Shown: piece after piece, positions 1 through 10,646 of the stretch
How the letters are laid out: every line of letters begins with the position of its first letter
How positions within the stretch are numbered: position 1 is the stretch's first letter
DNA from: a virus
Lineage: Duplodnaviria; Caudoviricetes
Direction: 5' to 3' (one strand)
Length of the DNA: 64,000 nucleotides
Virus record (IMG/VR): IMGVR_UViG_3300012662_000009
Span: 94,647-158,646 of that record
Notes under the pieces: model-generated
Seen by the model: the letters and a program-made list of their open reading frames with translations, nothing else
The model's database searches: none
Told to the model about the DNA's origin: nothing
Translations under genes and position numbers: made by a program

Positions 1-170
1 ATTCAGTGAAGTCAAAGGATTCGCCTGGTTTTAGATTGTAATTATTAAATTTTTTATTAGATATTCTTTTAGTTATTATACCATCCTTTATAATGCCTAT
101 ACGAGCTGTGGTGTGGACAAGTGTATCATCCACATCAAATAAAAGTATCCTACCGTTATTTCTATACTCA

Positions 171-695
171 CTAAAGGTTTTCATTTAATAAAGTGTTTCT
201 TAGAATATTATAATATCTTTTTAAGGGAGTTATTTTACTAAATCCTTGAATATCATCTTCTTTAATCAATCTCCTGGCTTCAGTGGCTGATATATCATCA
301 GAGGTTCTTTTAATTTCTGTTATAGTAAAATCTTCTGAAAGATTAGCCTGTTCATGATAGTTCTTAGACATTCTTTTATAAGACTCATATCTGTCTGTAC
401 CACATACCCAAGAAGAAACTTGATATCCCTGTTTATTAAGTTCTTCAGAGATAGTTATAATATTGGCGTTTTTTATTAATATAATCCCTTCAATCTCCTT
501 ATAAGCCTTAAGTGCTTCATTGTAAATGGGTAAAAGTAAAGAAGATTTATAAGGATTCTTTGTGGTAGGATTAATAGTATCTATCATAAGGATTATTGTC
601 TTGAGATGTTTTTCCTGATATATATTTTGAATGCATTTCAAGTGGCCATATGTAAATGGCTGAAAACGACCTATTATGATATTTACTTTTTGCAT
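171..695 (-). CDS. Cytidylyltransferase-like / NMNAT-like nucleotidyltransferase (HIGH superfamily)
   Basis: GRFQPFTYGH (HxGH-type) motif, VCGTDR and C-terminal ISATEAR. Confidence 0.75.
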   Translation of the reverse strand: MQKVNIIIGRFQPFTYGHLKCIQNIYQEKHLKTIILMIDTINPTTKNPYKSSLLLPIYNEALKAYKEIEGIILIKNANIITISEELNKQGYQVSSWVCGTDRYESYKRMSKNYHEQANLSEDFTITEIKRTSDDISATEARRLIKEDDIQGFSKITPLKRYYNILRNTLLNENL

Positions 696-773
696 TATAA
701 GTTAGTTTTAATCTTCATGTATTGATATATTAAATCGGTAGGAAATATTTAGTAGAATGATTATTATATTAAT

Positions 774-2444
774 ATGAAAAACTATAAATTATATAGTACT
801 AATCTCCTCCTGGGTGGTAATATGAAATATGATTTGATATTAAATAAAAATAATATCAATGATATCATTGATATCAATGATATTCATATAACTCCTATAA
901 CTGAATTGTCGTCTTATAATAAGTATATAGATGAAAATCTCTTAAATTATACCCATCAGGAGAATCTCTCAAGGTATTATAAGAATAATATAGAATCCTT
1001 TTATGAGGATGGTATAGATCCTTTATTAAAATCTAATTGGCCTATAAAATCCGATGATGATTTTATAAAAAATTATGATGATACTTTTATAATGGGTGCT
1101 AAGAGGCCCCATTACAGTGTATATAATAAACAATGTGAGGTCCTGGTACCTCTTTGGTTGGAGCAAGTAAAGGATAGTTTAATTATATATATAAAATTAA
1201 AAGATGCTTCTAAGAGTTATGTTATGGGTTCTATAGAAGTACCTGTTATAGGGCACAATTTTAATTACTTTAAGGATTATATAAAGGATATAGGTCTTAA
1301 TGAAGGTGATGATAAAGTAATGTATATAAACCTCGAAAATAAACAAGCTTCTATAAACTGCATAGATCTTAAATCAGGTCAGCCTGAGGTTAAAGATGTT
1401 TCTTATATAGTATCCAATTTAGTATCCAGAGAAAGACCTCTGATGGAGAATGATTCTATAATTATTAATAGTTGGAATGGGTCTATAGCGAAACAATTGT
1501 TTAATTTCAATATATGTTTTGATTTCGATGATGTTGCATGGAATATTCATCAAAGCCCCAATACAAAGTATTATATAGAAATATCAGTAAAAGTAGATGG
1601 GCAAGAACTTCCTTTGAAAGATTTTTATACAAATTATCAAGATCTTATAAAAGAAGGGGGAGACCCATCTAAAGAATCTGACAATGTCTTATCATATCTA
1701 CAAGATAATCATTATTTATCTTTCGTAGATAAAAATAAGATCCCCCAGAAATATATCCATTGGTCTTTACAAGATCATAATGATTATATATTTAATCTCT
1801 ATGATGGGTTTGCAGGAGTATCCTCAGATGGTACTTATTTATCTCATTATTATGGTCTTACAAAAGACTCAGAAGATTATAAAGATCTCGTATTAAGGAC
1901 TATAAACTTTAATAAAACAGTCACTCCTATAAAAACAGAAGGCCCCTCAATAGATATTAAAGAGATTGAATATAACAAATCTGATAATAAATCCAATTAT
2001 GTATTCCGCTATGATGGTCAGATTAAACCCACATTTGTAGGGCCGACAAATAATTATATATATTATAAAATCATCTTAAATGACACCAATAAAAATCCTT
2101 TTGAAAAATATATAGGCACTGGATACATTCCTTTATATCCCTCTATAGGTTATTATTCTTATGGATATTGTAAAAATGATGATTATAAAGAACTAAATAA
2201 ATATCCTGAATATAAACTATATAATGATAATCAAGTATATCTCCTTGAAAATGATATAAGTTTTGATAAAGACATTGTAGGAGACATAACAGAAGATATT
2301 ATTAATAGTTTTTTTGAGAGATTTAATGAAGATGATAGAGAATATATTAAGGGACTTTATAATATTTCTTATGATCTTTATAAGACTGAATTAAAAAACA
2401 AAGAATTACATAAAAAATTCCATATAAAATTAACATTAAAATGA
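774..2444 (+). CDS. Hypothetical protein, possibly virion structural
   Basis: 556-aa ORF with no recognisable motif. Confidence 0.5.
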   Translation: MKNYKLYSTNLLLGGNMKYDLILNKNNINDIIDINDIHITPITELSSYNKYIDENLLNYTHQENLSRYYKNNIESFYEDGIDPLLKSNWPIKSDDDFIKNYDDTFIMGAKRPHYSVYNKQCEVLVPLWLEQVKDSLIIYIKLKDASKSYVMGSIEVPVIGHNFNYFKDYIKDIGLNEGDDKVMYINLENKQASINCIDLKSGQPEVKDVSYIVSNLVSRERPLMENDSIIINSWNGSIAKQLFNFNICFDFDDVAWNIHQSPNTKYYIEISVKVDGQELPLKDFYTNYQDLIKEGGDPSKESDNVLSYLQDNHYLSFVDKNKIPQKYIHWSLQDHNDYIFNLYDGFAGVSSDGTYLSHYYGLTKDSEDYKDLVLRTINFNKTVTPIKTEGPSIDIKEIEYNKSDNKSNYVFRYDGQIKPTFVGPTNNYIYYKIILNDTNKNPFEKYIGTGYIPLYPSIGYYSYGYCKNDDYKELNKYPEYKLYNDNQVYLLENDISFDKDIVGDITEDIINSFFERFNEDDREYIKGLYNISYDLYKTELKNKELHKKFHIKLTLK

Positions 2445-2445
2445 T

Positions 2446-3588
2446 ATGAGTGACACAAATAATATATATGCAGAGATAAAAGCTCCCCAATTGAGCGATG
2501 CAAAATATGGTGATAATCTTGATTCGCAATTTAATGCAATTAATAGTAACTTTACTAAAATAGGATCAAGTGCTTTTACAAGGGGTGATAAAGGAGACTC
2601 TGTAAATGCATATAGATTGGATATTACTGATAAAGTAAAAGATACTTATAAAGACGATTATAAAAAAGGTATTATAGCCCAGGCTATATATATGGGGTTA
2701 GATCAGGATGGATTAGGTCCTATACCTATTTCAAAAGATGCAAAAATAGAAGTTTCAGTAATTATTAATGATATAGAAAATCCTATTTTAAAAAGCTTTT
2801 GGTCTTTATATGTAGCGGGCAAGACACCGTGGTCAACCAGTAAAAATCTTTTATCTGTCGTAGAAAATATCTTAATTGATATTATGCCGTTCTTTTATAT
2901 AGATAAAAATTTTTATTCTGAAAATTTAAATCTACCTAATGATAAAAAAGATAAAACGGGCATTTATACTTTCGAAAATATATCTCCGCGCGACGGGCTA
3001 AGAATCTTATTCACTCAAAACCCTATTTCTCAAAGCATTTATTATAATACTAATAAAGAAACCTGGTGTTGGGCTTTAGGAAGTAATCAAACGGACATTC
3101 CTATATATAAACAAACTTATGATGATAAAATTTTGATTCCTTGGGGAGATGACAAAGACACTTATCACGCCATGTATGTTTATAAAGGTAGTGATGAAGG
3201 AACAAGAAAAAACAGTTTAGCTATTAGCCCATATAGAAAAAATAAAAATGATCAATGGGAAGCTATTAAATGGAAGCCTACAGATGAAGATTCAACATGG
3301 CCTGAATTGAATCTTGATAATTACTATTTAGTCCATGCAAATAGGGTTTTGGCAAGCAGCGGATATTTCAGAACATTATCATCACAGAGATTTTATACAG
3401 AAGACATTATATCAACTGAGAAACCATTAAATATTACTGCCAGTAATGGGATTAAAATAACTGGTGGGATTAAAATCAATATTGGGGGAGAAAATCAAGA
3501 TTTGGAACAATATTTAACTCGGCTCGATTCAAGAATTATATCTTTAGAAACAAAACAAAAGAATCCTCTATCTAACACTCCAAAATAG
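2446..3588 (+). CDS. Hypothetical protein, possibly tail-associated
   Basis: 380-aa ORF; short RGDKGDS collagen-like triplet and C-terminal coiled coil. Confidence 0.45.
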   Translation: MSDTNNIYAEIKAPQLSDAKYGDNLDSQFNAINSNFTKIGSSAFTRGDKGDSVNAYRLDITDKVKDTYKDDYKKGIIAQAIYMGLDQDGLGPIPISKDAKIEVSVIINDIENPILKSFWSLYVAGKTPWSTSKNLLSVVENILIDIMPFFYIDKNFYSENLNLPNDKKDKTGIYTFENISPRDGLRILFTQNPISQSIYYNTNKETWCWALGSNQTDIPIYKQTYDDKILIPWGDDKDTYHAMYVYKGSDEGTRKNSLAISPYRKNKNDQWEAIKWKPTDEDSTWPELNLDNYYLVHANRVLASSGYFRTLSSQRFYTEDIISTEKPLNITASNGIKITGGIKINIGGENQDLEQYLTRLDSRIISLETKQKNPLSNTPK

Positions 3589-3646
3589 GTTAAGATATAT
3601 AAATCTATATAAAATATATTTTGCGCGAAATTTGATATGTTTATGC
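3569..3646. repeat. Dispersed palindromic element, copy 1 (right arm degenerate)
   Basis: caaaataggttaaGATATA-TAAATC-TATAT...ttttgcgcgaaatttgatatgtttatg; shares core and flanks with the other four copies. Confidence 0.7.
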
Positions 3647-3700
3647 GCATTATAAATATATTTTTAGAATATCCTTTAATGTATAAATTAAAAAAATAAA

Positions 3701-4450
3701 ATGAAAAATATAAAAGAATATATAAACGAGTCACTTTTTGATGACGAAGATGATTTACTTGATAAGAACCCAGATCAAGTAATATTTGATTATTTGAAAA
3801 GCATAGTCCTATCACATCAAGTTAAATATGTAGATGAGGAATTTTATATAAAGAATGGTATAATATACTATAGAGGAAGTGATCAATTTACATTTACCAT
3901 CGAAAGCCCTATGCCTTCTTATATAAATTTTGATAAAAAATCCTGTGGTGATAATATTATTTCTTTATTAAGTTATAATGGAATATCTCAGGAAGATTTG
4001 GATAGGCTTCCTGGTGGGGTCTGGTTAATAAAATCTAATAGATTGTCTAAATTAACTATTCCTATATACAAGGCTCTTGATTTACAGGAAGTGAATATTT
4101 TTAATAATGTTATACTTAAGCCTGTTGAAGAATATACTAATATTGCAATAACTATTGGTAAAAGAAAGCAGAATAAACTAACCCCTAAAGATATTATGAA
4201 TTTATCTGTTCAGGGAAAGGATCCGGAAGTATGTCTCCGTATAATTAACCAGAATGATTATAACGATATTAAAAATATGCTATTGAGTGATCCTGATTTT
4301 TCTAAGCATGTTATAAAGGATCTCCATTGTTCTGTAATAGTTGGTAATTATGGGGGTAGAGAAAAATATTTTTTAGAATATTTAGATATGTCCGATAACA
4401 TTACTGACGTGATATCAAAAGGTCAGTGGAGAGAAAGATGTGAGATATAA
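3701..4450 (+). CDS. Paralog family member (LFD.E..L.DKNP); putative internal virion protein
   Basis: N-terminus MKNIKEYINESLFDDEDDLLDKNP shared with 16271, 32059 and 43011 ORFs. Confidence 0.65.
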   Translation: MKNIKEYINESLFDDEDDLLDKNPDQVIFDYLKSIVLSHQVKYVDEEFYIKNGIIYYRGSDQFTFTIESPMPSYINFDKKSCGDNIISLLSYNGISQEDLDRLPGGVWLIKSNRLSKLTIPIYKALDLQEVNIFNNVILKPVEEYTNIAITIGKRKQNKLTPKDIMNLSVQGKDPEVCLRIINQNDYNDIKNMLLSDPDFSKHVIKDLHCSVIVGNYGGREKYFLEYLDMSDNITDVISKGQWRERCEI

Positions 4451-4453
4451 TGA

Positions 4454-6127
4454 TTAAACATTAATAATACTATAATCATAACCTTCCTTCTTATAAGTCC
4501 TGATCTTGGCAAGGCCTTGTAGGTATAATTTTTTAGTAGGAAATATATCTACAATGTCATATAAATAAAACTTAGACTTCTCTTTGGTCTTAAGCATAAG
4601 TCTTCCTAATGATTGTTTATTAATAACCTCAGACTTAAAAGATTGCGCAAAAATACCATAATCAACATTTTTAAAAGTCAAGCCTGTACCACAACAACCA
4701 TAAGAAGCAATTAATATAACATTATCATTAACAAGCATTTCATCAAGAATTGCTTGTCTTTTTTTGATATTGGTGGCCCCTGTAATTTTATATATTATTT
4801 TGTCAGGAAATTCTTGCTTAAAGACTTTTTCAAGATAATTTAAGTATTCCGTATGATGAGCAAATACTATAATATTTTTTTGTAGGCCCCTTATAATATT
4901 ATTAATAACTTTTATTCTCTTCTTCGACCTATGCACGAGCATTTGCTCAAGTATTAAAAGATTCGAACCCTTTGATTTACATAGGTCTATAAGATATGAT
5001 ATATATTCTTTATTATTATAAAGATTTTTAAGGTTCTTTAATGTATATGGTAATACTTTTTCATGGGTTATAGTAAAAGACCTTTGTTTTTTTGGTAATA
5101 AAACTTTTTTACCGTTAATAATTTTATCGGAGCTGCAGAGATATTCACCACATTTTATATAATCATTTTCTAGATCACTCTCGTCATAAGATATTCTATA
5201 TTGTTTTATAACAGGCTCGGCAAGAAATCCTTCATCTATCAATTCGCGAGCTGATAAATCCTGTATTTGGGGACCCATAAGTGATTGACAACAAAAGGAT
5301 TCTATGGTCGATTCCTGTGGAAGTGTACCCGTAAACCCAAATTTGATCTTAGCATTCTTTATAAAGTCTTGCGATAAAATTGTATTAATAGACTTACAAA
5401 CCAAATGATGGGCTTCGTCTATACATATTACATCATAATCTTTGAAGAAACTGGGATTATACTTTTTATTTCTTTTATCCGCGCGTTGTACAAGAGATTG
5501 ATAAGTACCTATAGTGAGATTAGCAGATTCACAATATTCCGATTTAGCCCATATAGCTTCTGCTTGAAAAAATTCTTTATACTCCTTAAAATCTTCTACT
5601 CCTTGCTTAACTAATTGAATAGAAGGTACTACCATAAGAATTTTTTTAGCTCCATGTTCAAGCATATAACGAAATATTATATAAGCTATTAAAGTCTTAC
5701 CGGCACGAGTTGCGAGTTGAGAGAGACTCTGACGATATTTCAATATAAGCCATGCAGCCTTGATTTGATAATCCCTTGGTTGTATATTAAGATCCCATTT
5801 ATTTATATATAAAGTAAAATCTTCAAGTGTCATATCAAAATCATTATACTTGAAATAATTGTCTATTCCAGATACTTCTATATTATTTTTTTGACAGAAC
5901 CCATAAACCTCTCGCCATAGACCGGAATGACAATAATATATAAGATCTCCTGTCTTAGACTTAAATTTATTAAGAAAGACCTCTGGCTTAGGAACTCCTG
6001 AAAAAGAAGGTAAGAACATATACTGAGGGATTTTATTAAGATATCCTTCGAGTTCTTTAAGTTCTTTGGGGTCTCCTTGCATAAAGATATATCTGAGATC
6101 ATCTTTCTTATATAAGATTTTAATCAT
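4454..6127 (-). CDS. uvsW: UvsW-like SF2 DNA helicase
   Basis: PRDYQ Q-motif, ATRAGKT, DEAHH, GFTGT, QSLGR. Confidence 0.88.
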   Translation of the reverse strand: MIKILYKKDDLRYIFMQGDPKELKELEGYLNKIPQYMFLPSFSGVPKPEVFLNKFKSKTGDLIYYCHSGLWREVYGFCQKNNIEVSGIDNYFKYNDFDMTLEDFTLYINKWDLNIQPRDYQIKAAWLILKYRQSLSQLATRAGKTLIAYIIFRYMLEHGAKKILMVVPSIQLVKQGVEDFKEYKEFFQAEAIWAKSEYCESANLTIGTYQSLVQRADKRNKKYNPSFFKDYDVICIDEAHHLVCKSINTILSQDFIKNAKIKFGFTGTLPQESTIESFCCQSLMGPQIQDLSARELIDEGFLAEPVIKQYRISYDESDLENDYIKCGEYLCSSDKIINGKKVLLPKKQRSFTITHEKVLPYTLKNLKNLYNNKEYISYLIDLCKSKGSNLLILEQMLVHRSKKRIKVINNIIRGLQKNIIVFAHHTEYLNYLEKVFKQEFPDKIIYKITGATNIKKRQAILDEMLVNDNVILIASYGCCGTGLTFKNVDYGIFAQSFKSEVINKQSLGRLMLKTKEKSKFYLYDIVDIFPTKKLYLQGLAKIRTYKKEGYDYSIINV

Positions 6128-6203
6128 GCTCGTCTAAATTTTTTCTTATGTTTTAATATATAAATCCATTAAAAGATTTTTAACGTACTAAAATATTAAT
6201 AAA

Positions 6204-6986
6204 GTGCATACAATAGTAGCAATAGACATAGAAACCACCGGGTTAGATCCTCAAAATGATTATATAGTACAATTAAGTGCTGTGAAATTTAACTCTGATA
6301 GCATATTTGATCTTGAACCGGAAATTTTAGGTAGTATTGATTATATAATTATTCCTCAACATAAATTTATAATATCTCCGGGAGCTCTTCGAACACATGG
6401 TTATACAGAAGAATTTATAAAAGATAATGGAGTCTATATCAAAGATATAGCTGAATATATTATAAAGTTTATAGGGGATTCTGATTACCTTACATATAAT
6501 GGTAATAACTTTGATTTTAAGTTTTTAGTTAAAGACTTTAAATTAGCTGGTTATGATTTTCCTATAGAAAATAGGAAGTTCTATGACAGTTATGCTATGG
6601 AATGTAAATTTTCTCCCCGAGACCTAAGCTCTGTTTATAAAAATTATACAGGGGAAGTCTTTGAAAATTCGCACGATTCTCTGGCAGATGTAAATGCCAC
6701 AATAAAAGTATTTCAAAGTCAAATTAAGAGATATAATTTGAATATCGAAGAGATCTCCAACTGGAATGAAAATAATTTACTCTCCATAGGGGGTTCTATA
6801 AGATACGCTCAAGGAACTGATTCAGAACCTCTTATAGTATTTGCAGTAGGTAAGTATAAGGATTCTGATATATATAAAGTAATGAAGGAGGATCCTTCCT
6901 ATTGTCGCTGGTGGTCCACTAATGTGGCATCTGAGAGAGATAGGAATATTGCCAAAGAATATTGTAAGAAACTCATGAGTAAGTAA
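6204..6986 (+). CDS. DEDDh 3'-5' exonuclease (DnaQ-like)
   Basis: DIETTG, YNGNNFD, HDSLADV motifs. Confidence 0.88.
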   Translation: MHTIVAIDIETTGLDPQNDYIVQLSAVKFNSDSIFDLEPEILGSIDYIIIPQHKFIISPGALRTHGYTEEFIKDNGVYIKDIAEYIIKFIGDSDYLTYNGNNFDFKFLVKDFKLAGYDFPIENRKFYDSYAMECKFSPRDLSSVYKNYTGEVFENSHDSLADVNATIKVFQSQIKRYNLNIEEISNWNENNLLSIGGSIRYAQGTDSEPLIVFAVGKYKDSDIYKVMKEDPSYCRWWSTNVASERDRNIAKEYCKKLMSK

Positions 6987-7022
6987 TTATATATTTTTTA
7001 TTAACACTTTTATTTTTAATTA

Positions 7023-8084
7023 TTGATGAAACAAAAAAAATTTGAATGGCCTGCTTTCAACCGAGATAAAGATCGTATTCGGTATAATTCACAGGCTTAC
7101 GCTCAAATGAGCATTGCTGATGCTTTTAATAAGGCCTATAACCTCAAGATCAAGCCTACAGAAGTATCTGATGAGACACCACGAGATCTCCGCGTAGGTG
7201 ATATTATCAAGGTGTTTATTCGAGATGTTCAGAAGAATCATGTTGAATTTGATTCAACTAATGTCAAGGCAAACCTAAGTTCTTCAGTCAACCTTTGGAA
7301 GTATAATCGCTTCAAGAATAATATTCCCAAGGAATCAGTCGAAGCGCGTGTTACAAATGTCTCGAGGGGGACAACTTATATCGATCCACTGACACTACTC
7401 ACTGAAGGTTATGTCTTGCCTTTTGTTAAAGATCCTTGGAAGCAAAAAGATCTTAAGAATCCACATAAAATTCTTGTAAAGAATCTTCAATTGTCCCGCG
7501 GTGGGTTCATCGGTCAAGCTGTTATTCCGAGTACCTCAGGATTTGTTGGAGAGGATTATACAGTAGAGGCTTTTATACCGGGTTCGCAAATTGTATTGAA
7601 TATTACTAAGGACTTTGAGAGTTTTATAGGAAAAGATGTAGAGGCTTTTATAGTAAATTATATACCGAAGCCTGGAGCAGACAATAAAATGTCCCTTATA
7701 TGCTCCACCAAAGAACTCCTTAAATTTTACGGAGATTCTACTATGGTAGAGATGTTCAAGCACTGGACCGAATCTGATGAGATCTGGCAAGAAACCAAAA
7801 ATGCTCGTTTTGGTGGCCTTGTGACAGGTATTATAAATTCTTCTAAGAAATGTGGGGTCTTCGTTGAAATACCTGAATTGAATATTACCGGTATGGTTCA
7901 ATGCAATCCCTCAGAGATAGTTGACTACAAACCCGGCGATGAACTTATGGTAGGTATTGAGGGTTTCGAAGAAGAAACTTATTTCAATAAAGATGTTCAG
8001 CAAGTACAACACCAAGATCCTTATATAATCACTGAGGGATGTCTGGAGAAATGCAATCTCAAGCCTATTTTGAAGATTTGTTAA
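7023..8084 (+). CDS. S1-domain protein (ribosomal protein bS1-like)
   Basis: S1/OB signatures EAFIPGSQI, GVFVEIPELNITGMV, LRVGDIIKV. Confidence 0.7.
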   Translation: MMKQKKFEWPAFNRDKDRIRYNSQAYAQMSIADAFNKAYNLKIKPTEVSDETPRDLRVGDIIKVFIRDVQKNHVEFDSTNVKANLSSSVNLWKYNRFKNNIPKESVEARVTNVSRGTTYIDPLTLLTEGYVLPFVKDPWKQKDLKNPHKILVKNLQLSRGGFIGQAVIPSTSGFVGEDYTVEAFIPGSQIVLNITKDFESFIGKDVEAFIVNYIPKPGADNKMSLICSTKELLKFYGDSTMVEMFKHWTESDEIWQETKNARFGGLVTGIINSSKKCGVFVEIPELNITGMVQCNPSEIVDYKPGDELMVGIEGFEEETYFNKDVQQVQHQDPYIITEGCLEKCNLKPILKIC

Positions 8085-8101
8085 AGGAATATTAATAGTA
8101 C

Positions 8102-8134
8102 AAAAAAAAGGATCCGTATACGGATCCTTTTTTT
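8102..8134. terminator. Bidirectional intrinsic terminator
   Basis: Palindrome A-tract-ggatccgtatacggatcc-T-tract between convergent genes. Confidence 0.85.
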
Positions 8135-8729
8135 ATACATTTACAAATTCATAATCAATATTATTGAAACTAAACTCTACGTCAAAAGTCCCCGAATCTC
8201 TTTCTAATTTATTAAAATTAAAATCAAGACCTTCTATGCCATTTATATATACATCAAAGAACTTTATACGAGATGTTATGGTCCCATCCTCATCAAGTAA
8301 TTCTATATATAATACTTTATCGGGCCCATAATCAAGAGGTTTGCATACCCTATAAAAAATTGTTTCATACAACATAAAATAATTATATAATCCCTGATTC
8401 ATCCTAAAGGTTATTTTGAATTTCTTATCAATCTTATCTATTGGATTAGAAGGGGTTACATAAGTAATATCCGTTTTAGGTTCTATATTAAACTTGCCCA
8501 ATTTCCTCTCGAATGAATTAGAACTGTGCTGTGCTTGCGAAATAACCACATCAGAAATACCGGGGAAGCTTATGCCTTGTATTGACTCATTAAGATAATC
8601 TATAGGAGTATTTATCACCCCGGGATTTTTATCTAAGATCTTTTGATACTTATCCACTATAGGATCGGGTAAAAAATCTTTGGGTAATTCAAATCTAAAT
8701 AAATCAAATCTCGGAGATAATGAAAGCAT
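8133..8729 (-). CDS. T4 gp3-like tail completion / tube-fold protein
   Basis: IQGISFPGI...FKITFRMNQGLYNY...IELLDEDG...IKFFDVYINGIEGLDF...FDVEFSF pattern of the gp3/gp19 fold. Confidence 0.55.
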   Translation of the reverse strand: MLSLSPRFDLFRFELPKDFLPDPIVDKYQKILDKNPGVINTPIDYLNESIQGISFPGISDVVISQAQHSSNSFERKLGKFNIEPKTDITYVTPSNPIDKIDKKFKITFRMNQGLYNYFMLYETIFYRVCKPLDYGPDKVLYIELLDEDGTITSRIKFFDVYINGIEGLDFNFNKLERDSGTFDVEFSFNNIDYEFVNV

Positions 8730-8762
8730 TTAATAATCCTGTATAATTAAATATATAATAAC

Positions 8763-9245
8763 ATGTACAACAGAGACGGTAAATGGCTTTTACATAAAAG
8801 AGAAGCGATAAGAAAAATGTTAAGAGTACGTTTTGATGAGAAACGCGATACAACACCCTTACTGGATGAATATTATGAGACTATTAAAGAACTCAAAGAC
8901 ATAGGTATTAAAACTGCAACTCGTTCTGGCACTGTTTATCTAAGGTATAATAAAGCAGGCACCAAAGAATCTCATCAAAAAATTATTAAACCCTCTAATG
9001 ATCGAAAAAAGTTTTATATAAATATTGCATGGAACTCAAAAACAAATAATATAAAGATCATCCAGAATTACCTTAAAATATTAAAAATCAAACAAGTAAA
9101 TGCAGAGTTCTCAGAATTTCCTGATCGAAAAGAGTATATAAATACTTATATATACCAAGGGACAGAATCTGAATTAAATATTATAAAGAGCACAGTTAAT
9201 TATCTTATTGAAACTCAAAGAGATAATAATATAGATATTTATTAA
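8763..9245 (+). CDS. Hypothetical protein
   Basis: 160-aa basic ORF. Confidence 0.5.
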   Translation: MYNRDGKWLLHKREAIRKMLRVRFDEKRDTTPLLDEYYETIKELKDIGIKTATRSGTVYLRYNKAGTKESHQKIIKPSNDRKKFYINIAWNSKTNNIKIIQNYLKILKIKQVNAEFSEFPDRKEYINTYIYQGTESELNIIKSTVNYLIETQRDNNIDIY

Positions 9246-9263
9246 GAAATTTTAAGGTTCAAT

Positions 9264-9302
9264 CACTAAAGATCCCTATAAATTTGTTATATCAATACAT
9301 AA
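9264..9302 (+). promoter_or_regulatory. Promoter-like motif (TAAA-N12-TTTGTTATAT) upstream of sigma gene
   Basis: cacTAAAgatccctataaaTTTGTTATATcaatacataa; related copies at eight other gene starts. Confidence 0.65.
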
Positions 9303-9320
9303 CGTTTTAACAAGATTTAT

Positions 9321-9971
9321 ATGATAGGATCAAAGATTAAGGAAGAAAATTACAATGTACAACAGTATGCCCCTCTTGTATATAAAATAACAAAGCAATT
9401 CGTAAACTCTGTTAAGATGCCATGGAATGATATCAGTTCAATGGCGTGGGAAGGTCTTGTCCTGGCCTTTCGTAGCTATGATCCAGACAGATCTAACATG
9501 ACTTTTGTACAATTTGCAGCGTATTCCATAAGAAATAATATATTAACTTCTATAGACTATGAACTGAGAACAGTGCGAATGTCAGCATATGCACAAAAAA
9601 AGGCTTCGGATCAGGGACTTCCTTCTTTTACATCGGTATCTATGACAGCTATATCAGGAACAAATGGATCGGAGGATTCTGATATGACCTCTAAAGAATA
9701 TCGATATAAACTTTATGAAGAGATCAAACCGGGTTATGCAAAAATTATGGATGGGATGTATAAAAAACTTGAGGGAAAATTTTCCGAGAGGGATATAAAG
9801 ATCTTTTACATGACATTCTCTCTCAAAGATTATGATGAGTACAAATGTAAGGATATAGCGAAACACTTTAAGGTCTCTGAAGGTCGTGTATCACAAATAG
9901 TTAAGCATATAATAGAATATATAAGGCAAGATAAAGATCTTAAAGAATCTTTGATGGATCTGCTTAATTAA
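9321..9971 (+). CDS. Sigma-70 family RNA polymerase sigma factor (FliA/SigD-like)
   Basis: Region 2 (MAWEGLVLAFRSYDPDR...FVQFAAYSIRNNI) and region 4 HTH (DIAKHFKVSEGRVSQI). Confidence 0.85.
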   Translation: MIGSKIKEENYNVQQYAPLVYKITKQFVNSVKMPWNDISSMAWEGLVLAFRSYDPDRSNMTFVQFAAYSIRNNILTSIDYELRTVRMSAYAQKKASDQGLPSFTSVSMTAISGTNGSEDSDMTSKEYRYKLYEEIKPGYAKIMDGMYKKLEGKFSERDIKIFYMTFSLKDYDEYKCKDIAKHFKVSEGRVSQIVKHIIEYIRQDKDLKESLMDLLN

Positions 9972-10011
9972 TACATATGGTTCAATATTTTTAACTAAAA
10001 TATATATAGAC

Positions 10012-10641
10012 ATGCTTATTACAAAAATTTTTAAGGCTGAATCAATGCATCGAGTGGTCAATTGCTCGAGTAAATACTGCAAATATTCCTGTCATGGACA
10101 TTCTGCTGTTATCGAGGTGACATTCAAAGGAACCCAACCAGATAACGGTGGTATGGTTTATGATTTTGGTCTTATGAAAGGTACCATTAAACAATTCATC
10201 GAGTCCATGGATCATGCAGCACTACTTTATAATTATGATGATCCAAAATATGTTAGTTTTATCAAAGAATTTAATAAACGCTGGATATCACTTCCTGTAT
10301 CACCTTCAGCAGAATTTCTCTCGGCTTTTATATTCCAGTATATAAAGTTCATCATGAACCATACTGTTCCCGAAAATGGCGAAGGTCCTATAAGTGTTTA
10401 TTCAGTTAAATATCACGAAACTACAACAGGATCCGCAACATGTTTTGAAGAGGATCTTAATACATGGTTTCCGGAAAAATTCCTTAAAGAAGTACAATTC
10501 TCTCAAGGTGTTAAGGATGAATGGTCAGAAGACCTTATGAAGATCATAGAAGATCACGATAATGAAATATTTAAGTATCTTTATGACGAGGGGTTGGTTT
10601 ATAATGAAATAGCTGAACAACAGGTAAAAAAGAACTGGTAA
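10012..10641 (+). CDS. queD: 6-carboxy-5,6,7,8-tetrahydropterin synthase
   Basis: H...C...HGHS, GMVYDFG, PSAE, YHET motifs. Confidence 0.88.
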   Translation: MLITKIFKAESMHRVVNCSSKYCKYSCHGHSAVIEVTFKGTQPDNGGMVYDFGLMKGTIKQFIESMDHAALLYNYDDPKYVSFIKEFNKRWISLPVSPSAEFLSAFIFQYIKFIMNHTVPENGEGPISVYSVKYHETTTGSATCFEEDLNTWFPEKFLKEVQFSQGVKDEWSEDLMKIIEDHDNEIFKYLYDEGLVYNEIAEQQVKKNW

Positions 10642-10646
10642 AAAAT

